Below are positions 13,682 to 25,861 of a DNA stretch of 64,000 nucleotides, one piece after another. Location: the NCBI GenBank assembly GCA_051362555.1, contig CM120640.1:56398788-56462787 (forward strand). Direction: 5' to 3'. Origin of the DNA: Lingula anatina (Eukaryota; Animalia; Brachiopoda). Made by a program: the position numbers and the translations under genes. The notes below the pieces were generated by a model. It was not told the origin of the DNA and searched no databases. It saw nothing but the letters and a program-made list of their open reading frames with translations. Position 1 is the first letter of the stretch. Each line of letters begins with the position of its first letter.

Positions 13682-15566
13682 AATTTATGAAAACTGTACT
13701 TTAAATTCACAAGAGGCATCCAGTCAAACATGCCATGTTGACCAGAGATAAAGTAACTTTTAAACAGAAAAGAAATCAACTTGTTATATCTGGTCAGGAA
13801 ATAAATAAACAACATGGTTTAGTTGGTATTCAAGACGAGGCTTCATCCACTGATTTTGGGTTGTGTGAAACGGTCTTCCAGTCACTAAATGTATGGTATA
13901 CAAATATTAATGTATGAAACTGGTAAAAAAACAAACAGAATTCGAAAGTATTTTGAAGGAGCCATATACAGTGATCTTGGTACGAAAATACCAATAATTT
14001 CCTTTGAGCCTTCAATATTTTTCTAGTGCTAACAAACCATCACTGTGTTGAATTCAAAAGTGAAAAACGCCATGTTATTGAGTTTTTTAGACCTCGTTTA
14101 TCGAAATTGGCTTATGTTTAATGAAGTCGCATAATGCATTCCTTGCATTTTCGTAAATCATAAAGTAATAATCTAATTACTTGACAAAAACGTGCTCTTA
14201 GACTTAATATCGGACTATTTAAAAAGAAAGTACAACTATAATTTTGCTGATCACACATTCTGTCCCTTTGATATTTTTTTCATTCGCAGTAGAAGTTCCC
14301 GAAAAAATGTAAAAATAACTTCACCCCCTATGAAGTGGCGTGTGTGATTTTCTCTTTCTTAATACGTCATAGAGATGAAAACATCTAGAAGTCCTTAAGT
14401 CATTGACAGTTCCAAGATATTGTCTTTAATCAAAATAAACAGGATCGATAACATTAGATGAGTCACAAAGCCGTGAGCAATTTCTGAGATTTATGACTAA
14501 TATTGCGAAAGAAATCGATATCTTCAAGAGTGTTGTGCTTCACTGAGAACTCATTCAATCCTTTATGACAATTTTACAGAATCATTGTGTGAAATAATTC
14601 TAACCTTAAAATCTGGAAACTATACACAAAGCTGGTGTTCTATAAACTGCAGTGCCGTAGTGGTTTGTTAGTTTTAATAAAAGAGTATTGTTTAAAAATA
14701 CAATGCGAATAGGCAATGCACTTTATCTGTTTTTCTCTTGATGAGCATAAACCCTTAGGCAGGACGTAAGCAATGAATCCATTTTCAATCTGACAAGAAA
14801 ATGGAAAAGCAAAAAAAAAAAAAAGAAATAGGATATCTCGCTTTGCAAATTATTCTTTTTTGTTGAAAGGTCCACAATGAAGAGCGTGCTTAAAGATAAA
14901 GCCGAGGATGTCCGAATCCACTTTTGTCCCTGTCGTCACCATTTTTTTTTTTTTTTTTTTTTTTTACACTCTTTCAAAAATGTATGTTGAGCACTTGTCA
15001 AGGGCAGAAAAACAAACGTTGTCCATCCACGTCCATGTGGAAAGCCCTATGCAGAATGTATTAAAACAGTGCTTCGTTTACAGCAGAAGATTTTTCATTT
15101 TTTTAGCAAACAGATATTTCCTTATCAACCAAATAAGCGGGAAGGGTAGGGGGTCGGTAATAGGTTACAGTGACAAATTCAATTCCCACGGAACCAAGGA
15201 CCTGTTGACATGACAGGAATTTGATTGACGCTGATCCCAACCAGGTCTGTTAATTGCTGCTCAGGTGTACATGCATTACCAGGAAAAGCATGCCCGTTTC
15301 CTTTTCACACGAATACACTTGTGACTTGCTTTCACACGCCATCCGACGGACAGCACTCTGTGTGACACGGTGTTCTAGATAGCGCTGTAAATTCCGAATA
15401 CGGGTTGTGTATGATGCCAAGAACTGAACGAGCCCGCTTTCTTTCATTTCTTCCATTCAGTGCAACAAAATATTAAGCAATGCAAATATTAAAATCCAAC
15501 ATGCATAGTTAGTGGTGGGATTTCATTTACTTTACCGAAACACATAAACCATAGCCAATTAAGAGA

Positions 15567-15654
15567 TCATGGTCCTTTGTTTGATTACTGTTACAGAATC
15601 CTACCTTCACTCATGGTCCTTTGTTTGATTACTGTTACAGAATCCTACCTTCAC
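15567..15654. repeat. Perfect 44-bp tandem duplication
   Basis: TCATGGTCCTTTGTTTGATTACTGTTACAGAATCCTACCTTCAC x2. Confidence 0.95.
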
Positions 15655-16328
15655 TAAAACTCGCAAAAGTCTTCCTTCATCTTTGAATGACTTTGGTTTT
15701 GAAGATGAAGTAACGATCGTTATTATTTAAGTGAAACTGAAGATATGCACAACTTAATATTTGTGACAAATTTATTATCATTTATATGCTTTCTAGACGT
15801 AGCCTTCATTGTGTAAAGGAAGCCCACATGCTGGTTAGCCAACATTTCACAACAACTCTTTATAACATGACTAAAATCATGGTGACTGTGAGTCATTAAT
15901 ATTGTTCGTGGCGAACTAGATCAGTACTAGATCAGTTGCAAAACCGTAGTTATCTTAACAGAGATATTATAACGAATTTAATAATTTATCTCTTCAACAC
16001 CTGCTATAGGCTCCGTTTCCACTGCTTTTCCCTGTTGCAACTGTATGGAGTTATCATAATTACTCAGACGATGCAATCCATATTGGTATTACTACCAAGA
16101 TTATCTGTCATCACAAACAGCACTTGCCTTTTATAGTACGTGTTTAACATAACAGCTAAAAGGTTAATTAGAAATTAATTCGAAATGGTTAATATATAAA
16201 CACTCACACATTTTCTGAGACATATATAAACACGGAGTTATTTCAAATTTATGAACGTCTCCATTAAAATTTGATAAGCACGTTACAAACAACAATAAAT
16301 AGTGGAATCAATACTACAGCTATATTAA

Positions 16329-16480
16329 TATTGCACTTGTGTCCCAGCTGTTAGGAAAAACTAATTATCAATTAAATATACAATATATTGCACTTTTCTC
16401 GGTTATAATGCGAACGCACTCTCACGTTCTTCAATGTTCTAGGTTTACTAATGACAAATATTGCACTTTTGTCGGCCTTG
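16329..16480 (-). promoter_or_regulatory. Three miR-92-family target sites (8mer seed plus 3' pairing) in the predicted SPSB3 3'UTR
   Basis: Plus strand has TATTGCACTTGTGTCCCAGCTGT (16329), TATTGCACTTTTCTCGG (16386) and TATTGCACTTTTGTCGGCCT (16459), compared with miR-92a UAUUGCACUUGUCCCGGCCUGU. The minus-strand transcript therefore carries the complements. Confidence 0.7.
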
Positions 16481-17720
16481 TGTTTTTGTACATTTAATAT
16501 TCTAATGACATCACGACAAACACTACTCGTTTTATGTACATTTTGAGACTCTGTTCCTCCATTTGTTCGACACTCGCCATTTGTACAAGCAAAACAATAT
16601 ACAATTTAGTGTAGAAAATTGAGTGAAACACCTGGCAATCACTATACTGTAGTCTAGCACAATGTAAAACGAACATGTTTTTATGCATCACTAAAATAAC
16701 TACCTCAAAATACAGATCAAAACCAATCAATTAAGGCACTAAAATGTTTTTCTTTTGATTTTTCATAACTTAGCTGGTTAACTAGAAGTATTGGATGGTT
16801 GTCATGTGACTCTCCCGTAGAACAGGCAATTCAGAGAAATTCTTAGGAGGTCATTAAGTGGTACCGTGTACGATTCATTAAATATCTACCACACGCGCTA
16901 GTTTGCTAAAACTCAATTGACCAGAACTACTCATCCGAACGACTAAAGAAGATAAAGTCTATTGTAAGAACGAATTCATAAAAACACATATTTCTAGAAT
17001 AAAAGCTTCCACACATTTGCATTATATTAATATCACGACCTGGCTGCATATTCTAGGTAAAGTATTGTTATAAACTAATGGGTAATAGAAGCTAAGAATA
17101 AGCTTTTTCTTGTCTCTTCAAATGCCTCGTCACTGATTCTGTTTTCTGGGACAAAATGATGGGACTATACAGGTATATGCAAATGCTTGTAACCAAGTAA
17201 TAGATTAACCATAGGTATATAAATCTACTAATATTATGTTAAATCACATAAAAAAGATGAGATTTTTATACACGGGACATTTTCAGAACATTAATTAAAA
17301 AAGCTTACATTTCAGCTTGAGCCGGCATTATTAAGTTAGTGGCAATAATGTATAGCTAATAGCATTAGCTTATCAGGGAAAAGCGGGAGTACAAAAGATT
17401 GATGCAGATCACCAGCTGCTCGGTACTTATCGATAGATTTCTTTCTACGATATCTTCTTCTGCTTGTGTAAACGCAATATGTATATATAGGCTTCTTTGT
17501 TCCAGGTGAAATAAATCAATAGAATATAATTAATATAGACGCCATTTTGTACAAAGCTTATTGACTAAAACAGTTTTGCTCGCATTGTGAGAGATTTTTC
17601 CAGCATGCACAAAATATGTTATCAATATGCAAAAAATTAAGATGAAATTAATCATTACACTTTACTATTTAAAAAGGTAATGGTAAAGCACCAAGGATCG
17701 GAGAAGACTAGACTAAACAT

Positions 17721-18455
17721 TCATGGCAACGCTTCTTTGATATAGCACTTAATCTTGTTTGGTAAAGGCAAGTTGTCCACTTCATTTTCATCTTGTATCT
17801 GATGTACTATGACTTCACGACACCTGTCCTGTAGGTCTACAAATGCTCGACGGGTTACACCTAACGTCATCTCAGTCTTCGCAGCAGTTGAGCAAATAAC
17901 AGGGTACAGGTCTTCTTCAACTTTATTGATGCCCGTGAAAGCCACTCCTAAATTAAGACCGTCTTTCAGATATGTTAACGTCCCGGATTTCCAATCAAAA
18001 AGAAGTCCTATTGTCGTTGCTTCATTTTCTCGGAATGGTTTTGTATATTGTCTCCATTTGCCGTTGTGCCACAGAAGTCCTTTGTGAGAGAGCCCCCAAC
18101 TTTGGTCATCCTCGCCCAACATGTTAACAAATGCATCGACGTGTAAACGAGTCCGCTTTGTACCAATGCCGAACATCATGCTAGTACCAAATATTCTCTG
18201 GGAAATTTTAATCTCCCAATAGTAAGATCCATAATTTAGGATACGAGTCCCACGCACTCCAGCGGTGCCATTGCTCCAGTTAGGATGAAAATGAGCTGTC
18301 ATATTGCGCATTCCGTACAGTTTCACTTCGTGGGATTTATCGTATTTGTTCCAGGTCCAATGGTCTTCTGACCCGTATTGCAATGGATGTTTTTGAGCCG
18401 CCATTTTTTTGCACCGAGAACGGCGACTTTTCCCGCAAAAACGCACGGAAAACAT
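17721..18455 (-). CDS. SPSB3: SPRY domain-containing SOCS box protein 3-like, intronless CDS
   Basis: 244-aa ORF; the likely start is M-AAQKH at 18404 (AAAATGG context). FHPNWSNGTAGVRG, YYWEIK, FGTSMMFGIGT, SWGLSHKG, LYPVICSTAAKT, and a C-terminal SOCS box LQDRCREVI...LPLPNKIK. Confidence 0.9.
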   Translation of the reverse strand: MFSVRFCGKSRRSRCKKMAAQKHPLQYGSEDHWTWNKYDKSHEVKLYGMRNMTAHFHPNWSNGTAGVRGTRILNYGSYYWEIKISQRIFGTSMMFGIGTKRTRLHVDAFVNMLGEDDQSWGLSHKGLLWHNGKWRQYTKPFRENEATTIGLLFDWKSGTLTYLKDGLNLGVAFTGINKVEEDLYPVICSTAAKTEMTLGVTRRAFVDLQDRCREVIVHQIQDENEVDNLPLPNKIKCYIKEALP

Positions 18456-21400
18456 AAGAATCGTTTATCGTGAACTATAGCTAAAAAAAGTCTCTACATA
18501 GGTAAAATCAGATTTTTGGTTATTTTCTGGTGCAATAGAACCGTTAGCAACAACCAAAACTGTCTTTTCTTTCTTGCCGCTCCTTGAAGGGAATGTTACA
18601 TATATTGTCAATTTATAAATCAGAAATTTTTTATGCATCATACAATGTTAAAACACGTAACTGTCAAGCTCTCTGGGAAAACAATTTTACGGCACAAAAT
18701 GCCGCTCACCCTTATCGTCAACTTTTGCTGCCTGTCGTCACGTCTCCCTCCACCTCCTTTTCTTCCTCTTATCGTCTTTTTTCTCTCTTTCATTTCACCA
18801 GATGTTTTGGTCCGCCATTTTTAAAGAGATTCTGTCGTTGTTCTTGCAATGATCAGAAAATCAGCTAAATTCTTACAGCCTATTTCTGGAGATCGTCGGT
18901 TCAAAATCATACTTTCACTGCTAGAAATCTTCCAGTTTGTATTCTGATTCGTGTGCAATACAATTCGCACTCGAATATATATCTACAAAAACGAAAAATA
19001 TGGCAGACAAAGACCAATCGAATACATGCTACTAAAGTCTGTATCGATCGAATGGTTTGCACGCTGTCGTATGCGGGATTTAAATACCCAGCCTACCTCA
19101 GCAGATGATTAATGATTCGTATTGCTCTGTATTGTCTCAGGCTACAGCAGGCCACTTGAGACAAATAAGACAATAGGACAAAGCCCTGGTTTTCCCAGCC
19201 ACCGGGGTGGCTTAATCAGTTATTACATTGTGTACCTACGGCAGGTTGATTTGCCTAAGAAATACCTTGGTAAACACGGTCGCATGCCAGACACGCGCCT
19301 GGCGTTCATTTAACTAGCTGAATAGTATTGAGCGTAGGTTTATTATAAAGAATTAGCCGACTTTATGAAAGCAAGCTGGTAACAGATGGTAATATGGATG
19401 CACTAAAATTCAGTTGTTGGTGACATAAGCTGAAGTAGATCGAAGTACAAGTCATTATGACATAATATTGATCTCTGGGGGTGGACATGTAACAAAACAT
19501 GATTGTGTTTTGATGAGTAAGTGATCATTGCTCACACAATATAAATATATGTTGACATCATTGCTGCCCTTAGCAAAATATATGTTTAAATTAATGTTCA
19601 CAAGTCATAGCAGATGATTCCACTGCAATTAAATAATAGACAAAAGGTTTATGTCGTTAAGTTTTTATTATCCGCTTTAAGCGATCCTTCTCTTCATGGT
19701 AAAAAGGACATTTTTCAGTTTAATCAATAGGTATACGGCGTACTGCGATAATATAAAATTTGCTGAATTGACAAAAAATTAAATTTCTTCATTGAAAAGC
19801 TTGACCAGGTTCTATAAGCAGGAGAACAATACATACAAAAATGAATACGTTTGTATTAATCTTACTTCATTTCAGTTTTAAACGTTTTTGTTAACATAAT
19901 TTTACTTTTGATAAATCAAACATTTATGCCCCTTGAAAGATGGAATTCGGCTTATTTTCAGCTAGAGAATGCTAAAAAAGAATTTTATAATCATTTATCT
20001 ATTGAGAAATAAGAATTTCTGAACGTCACATGAGACATTCTTTTGTTCTCCAAATCACCGGCCGCAAGCAGTGACCCCAGAATAACCTTAGTTTTGCTTT
20101 TGGTCCAGTAAACGCCAGCATACTATTCCCAGTATCAGATGATTTCACCTGCAACAATTAAAACATCCAGGACTTTGATTATTATTATTAAAATTTCATG
20201 CATGCTACAGTCAGGCGGGCCACCTGTCTACGTCATTATATTAGTTGTGTCAATATCACAGAAATTAAAGTAAACTTTCGTATCCTGAACCTGTGCAGCA
20301 TTTTCAGCACCTTGCAGATTAAATAATTCTGAACATCTGATTTCATTTTCCATTCTTATATCTTTTTTATATCACCTATTTTTTTCTTGTCTATTTCGAT
20401 TTAGCAATAACTAAGAAACAAGTGTGACATTCAAAGACACCGCCCGACGCGGCACGCGCCAACAGCTGCTCACTGGAGTGCTCTTTTGTTCACTCAGTCC
20501 TTTATTGCTGATTTTTCATATCGAGGTATTAGCATAATTTAGTTTCAAATGAAAGCAAAAGGGTGAGCGATTATTGTTATTAGTAGTAAATCTTTTGTAG
20601 CATTAATGGATTATTTTTTTCGTCATCACAGCATCTGTAGACTTCTAGAAATCTGCTGGTCATTTTTTTTTTTGTTGTTGTTGTTGTTTAGGATCTAAAT
20701 GTTATAATTTGATTTCATGCCAACGTGCACCTACTTTTTCACACTCTCATCCATCATTATTTAATTTCAACAACTACAACATGAAATAAAGCTACGTGCT
20801 CACTAGAAGATATCTACGTAAAGAGAACACGAGTGGAATGGCACAAGTATACGTGAGGATTGTAATTATTACTATTATATCTAAAATGCAAGAAGGGATT
20901 ATATTTATTACTATTATATGTTTGGATACAAATGTTCCATGAAGTGGTAAATAGTCGCCTGAGGGTCCTTATTTTTTAACCAATGAAGTCGCCTTCTATC
21001 ATGAAGTAGTAATGTTTATCCCTCGAAGTGGTAATATACTATTATATGAAGTATCTTTTAAAACATACGCACTTGCATTAGGAAGTCCGACAATAAATGC
21101 AAGCGGTACTGCCCGTGGTACTCGTCTCTAGAAACGTTGAATAAAGGATAAGTGACAGATTTCTGATGGACTGGGAAAGTTAATATATATAAATATTTAA
21201 AAATTCATCACATTTCGGTTACCGGTTTTCTTGACCACACGTTGTTTTGAAAAAAAACTTTATTTTATGCATGATATCAAAACGCTTGGCAGTAGAATCC
21301 AGATATGTAGGGTTCATTCGTCATCGAGTAATTAAAAAACTTTCAAATTGTATATGTTGAAAAGTAAAGAAGTTAAACACAGCGCAGGTGACACTTGAAA

Positions 21401-22733
21401 CCACATTTAAGCCATTAAGCACCCCGGATGTGTACTTCGGCATGTTTACTCTATTATATCTTTACCTCCCTTTGAAAAGAATCTAAGAGCGCCATTTGTT
21501 TGAAAAGCATTATATGATAATATTTTGATAAACCGCAAGTCCAGTGATAAGAGAGAGGAACATCTGTTGTGTAAATAGAAGTAGAAATAAAGTGTTCAAT
21601 AGTTATTGATCCAGGCAGCTTTTAGTACCAGGGAAACTTGCTCAGCAACGCTCGCCACAGATGTCAGGTTGAACCAATTGAATCCATCGACACATAAGTA
21701 ATAAGTTAAAGGGATAATAACTCTTCGTATGATATCTATATTTCACAATAAAAACATTGTGAATAACTCATAGAAATATAATAATATATTGTTTTACCAC
21801 AAAAACGGCAGTTATAGCTATTTTTCTGATATCTGAGCTTGTCTCTAGACCACGTGACCTCCATTGATGGCTATACTCTTTTAAAATCTCTTAAGAGATT
21901 TTAACAAAAAACCAAACTTCTTAGAAAAAAACCAGGGACTAACTTTGAATGTAAAAATGGATTCATTAACCTTTGGTAAGTATGGGAAAATTGTTGTTTA
22001 CTCCAGGAAAATTATTTTTTTGGCCGAAACGAAGAGTTATTATCCCTTTAACTTGTAAAATGCTATATAAAACAGTCTCCCCGAGTCTTTTGTATTCACT
22101 GTAATGTTGATTATTTTTTACGGACGCGGAAAAAGTGCGGTGGCGGATAGGAGATATTCTTATTTTACTGCACAATAGGGTAAATTAAAAAGGGAATAGT
22201 AAACAAAAATGCGCGCACATTATGTGAGATTGATTGTAAACTGCTAACTTTCACCTTGAGCAAGTTAAAGATAAAAAGTCAATTTCAGATTAAAAAAAAA
22301 AAAAAAAAAGAAATCGAATTTGTTGATGATTTTAAGAAATGTCATCAAATGGAAATGTTCCTATAATGGATGGTCTTTTATTCCTTCCCTATTTTGTCAC
22401 CGTCATCACCTTTTAATCCCTAATCCCCACGAAAATGCAGCACGCAAATGAAATGTACAGCTGCCTCGTTGCATTTGGTGTGACTCTTGTGACTCTCTGA
22501 ATGCGTTATCGCAGTTTATTTTATAACTGACTGGTTCTCTAAAAGTTCGACCCCGATTTGCTTTTTTCTTTTCCTTTTATATAACCACAAGAGAGTAAAA
22601 TACAATAAAAGACTGTTTCAGACCATATTAATGTAATTTACGTCAAACATATTCTTTACATATATATATATATTTGTTGTGTAAGATATACTGCAATTAA
22701 AGCAAATGTTACTTGGAACAGTGTTTCTCATTA

Positions 22734-25035
22734 ATGATGTCTGGACATGGTCATGGACACAGTCATGGCAGCGGTGGATGCGATCACAGTGACGATAAGT
22801 CTGGGATTGACAGGGGAGCAGAATTTAGTCTGTACATGAAAATAGATTTAGACAAGGTTCAGTGTCTCAACGAACAAATTGACGGGTCTGGCAAAACAGT
22901 CTTCAAGCCATGGGACCAAAGGCTAGATAAAGAAAGGGTACCCCGCAAGCAGTACTCAGTTTCAATTGGTTTAAGTAATATGATCTTAATTACATTAAAT
23001 TTACAGAAGTCGATGTGATCTCTAGGGGGTAACTGAAAGATGAATGTGACAGCATAAACAAAAACTGATAATTTTTGCTATCTATAATGGTAAAGTTAAC
23101 AGTGCCATTGTCCAATCGATTCAGTTGATTGGTCGATTTTGATTGTGAATCAAATACCCCATTCACACTAGCACTTTTAACCGCAGTCAAGGCCTGACCT
23201 CGGTCCTATTGCGGTTAACTTTTCTAATGTGAACGGACAACATAGCCCTGACCGCGGTCGAAATAAACCCAGATTGGGAGGTGGGTATAATCGGAGTAAA
23301 CTCCTGACTGCGGTCAAGACCGAATGTCTACATATGAAGTGCACACGCACAAGTGTACTGTCATTTGAGCTCCCGCCAAGTTGCACAGATTCTAGTAAGA
23401 GCGCATGCTTGACAAGAAGTGCTGAGATTCTACCGCTACTGATCGCTGCTGGTGTCCGTGTGAACGCGGTTTGGACGCGGTTTGGTTGACCGTGGTTTAA
23501 TCGGAGTAAACTTGACTGCGGTTAAAGTTCTTATGTGAATGGCCTAAATAGACTATTGGTTTAATTGAGCTTAACCACGTTTAACGTTACAGGTTGTGGA
23601 AAGCGATGCGGATGAAGAGCTCTTATTCAATATTCCGTAAGTACATCAATTGAATTTACGAAAAATGTAAAGTATGTAGTGTTCTTCATGCCAATATAAT
23701 CAAGGTTATTCAGTTCTTCTATACTTCTTCTATACATTTCAATATTTTGCTTGATTTTTTCTTGAATAGTTCAATCTTAAAACCACTGAGTATCTTTCAG
23801 ATTCACTGGCAATGTGAAACTGAAAGGAGTGATCGTGATAGGTGGAGAGGATGATACACACCCATCCTCCATGAAGCTGTAAGTATGTAGGTATATACCA
23901 GTATTTGTAACTAAAAGAAAATGATAAACTGACTGGATAGTTGTATGTCATTATGTAATGAAGACAAATAAAACAGCTCAGTCACTGCTTTTACCTTCTT
24001 AAAATATGACTAGTATGTTAAATTGAAAGTTTTTACTGTATTATTGTCAAAAATATTTAAAAGAAAGTGACAGAAAGACAGTATTATTTTCCCCTCCAAC
24101 CTCTGATGAAAATGAAAATAGTTCATTATCCCTCATCCTGTTCATACACAAACACAACCAAGTAAGATGGAGGTGGTCAATACCTGTAACCAAATAACCA
24201 AGATTCAAGTTAAACATAAATCCGTTGCACATTTTGAAAAGAAGATGGAGACGTGGCAGGTTATTTTTATTTATTTATTATAAGTATCACATTTCCAGGT
24301 ACAAGAACAGACCTCAAATGTCATTTGATGACACAGGTGTAGAGGCAGATCAGGAGTTCCAGGTGACACCAGATTCCACAGGAGTTGTAGAATATCCAAC
24401 AAAGTCAGTTCACAGTAATCTTATTATATCAAGCTATAACCTTTACATAATAATTATATACACAAGGGTGGTTTGTGGAGACTGTGCTGTTGCTCATAAT
24501 TTTAACATGATACAAAATCACAGAATGAGGATTTTTGTGCAAATAGCTAGCATGACAAAGGACCAGCAATAAAATTTGTTTGAAAATTGATTGGGTTTTG
24601 ATGTTTTCAGCAAATTTTTCAAAGCGAATTGCTTTTTTTAAATAATTTTATGCTATTTTTAATATATATTAACAAATTTAGTAGTACCACACAAAAAAAA
24701 CTTGGAATTGTGAAAATAAAACTGACATATTTTATCTCCATTTCAGAGTTGTTAGATTTTCTTCTGTGACCCATCTAACCATTTATTTCCCAACAAATTT
24801 CGGTGCTGATACAACCAAAGTTTACTACATTGGGCTTCATGGAGACTTCACCGAGGTTGGTACAGCATAGGTTGTCACCAGAATATTAAGTCACATTTCT
24901 TTTTACAACGCACAATTATGCATTTATTTTTTTGGTTTTTGTGACTGGAAAGATTTTTAAAATAATTTCACTTGGTTGGAATATAATGCCTTCTATGGAG
25001 CAAGTTAAAAAAAGTCGACATCTCTTTTGCATTCA

Positions 25036-25078
<43 letters not shown>

Positions 25079-25234
25079 GCATTTAGCAGACCTTTTCTTT
25101 TAACAATGTTATTTTCTTTTCATTTATTACAGGCACAAAGACAAGAGATTCTCATAACCAATTACGAAATAAGACCGAATCCAGCTGATCATAAAGTAGA
25201 CTCTTTTAATCCAATGAGCCATGAAATACAGTGA
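22734..25234 (+). CDS. PITHD1: PITH domain-containing protein 1, about 212 aa
   Basis: Exons 22734/22737-22937, 23593-23636, 23801-23878, 24299-24403, 24747-24855, 25133-25234. His-rich N-terminus, VESDADEELLFNIPFTGNVKLKG, TKVYYIGLHG and NPADH. Confidence 0.95.
23157..23544. mobile_element. MITE, probably PIF/Harbinger-type, in PITHD1 intron 1
   Basis: TIRs CCATTCACACTAGCACTTTTAACCGCAGTCAAG and CTTGACTGCGGTTAAAGTTCTTATGTGAATGG, internal TGACCGCGGT/TAATCGGAGTAAACT subrepeats, and a 3' flanking TAA. Confidence 0.75.
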
Positions 25235-25861
25235 TTGCATTCACATCTGGTACAAACCACTTGTGACCCAGTTATCACTAAATTTGGTTCTACTTAACTG
25301 CATTACTAAGCTGCTAGCACTTGCAATCTTTTTGCATTAAGAATTTGCAAAAGTTTGTGTGGTGCTGCCTATGTGCCAGATGCGGACTAAGTAGATGCCC
25401 AAATTGAAATTTGGCTTTCAGCAGACCTACAATTTCGCTCAATCTGCTCACTTCATTTTCATTTACAATAAATAAAGAAAAAAAAATTAAAAATAAATAA
25501 AAAATTTGGTGTGCACATTACTGCTTCTGCCGATGTTATATTCTGGTAACTGGTGCAATGTATGGAGATGTGGTGAAACTATCATAATGTAATAATTAAA
25601 TCAAGTGTTATCAAAATAAACCACTTTTAAGAAATGTATATTTAAACACATGGCATGGGATTAACTTCAGGTATTACCACATGCTATGAAAATACTGCCA
25701 TTTTCTATGACTTTTGCTTCAGTGGGGCACTCTTTATCTACAAATTGTTCAGCAGACAGTTAAACTAAAAGTGCAACCCCACATTAAATATTCCACAATT
25801 TTTATCATTTTAAAACTTAATAAATTTGCCACAAGTTCCTTGATGTTTGATGTGATACACA

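Noticed and set aside
15250-15456. 68-aa minus-strand ORF
   Set aside because: No recognisable domain or splice support; treated as non-coding.
16300-16500. A miR-92 gene cluster on the plus strand
   Set aside because: No complementary 5' (star) arms lie upstream of the miR-92-like sequences, so no pre-miRNA hairpins can form. The target-site reading fits better.
18529-18960. Two TATTGCAC motifs in SPSB3 sense orientation upstream of the CDS (possible 5'-3' UTR pairing or miRNA genes)
   Set aside because: Only 8-nt matches, with no miR-92-like 3' half and no hairpin.
20860-21060. Recurring ATGAAGTGGTAA and TTTACTATTATAT motifs
   Set aside because: Irregular, low-complexity degenerate repeat with no definable structure.
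23177-23489. Overlapping ORFs in PITHD1 intron 1
   Set aside because: They lie entirely within a GC-richer MITE.
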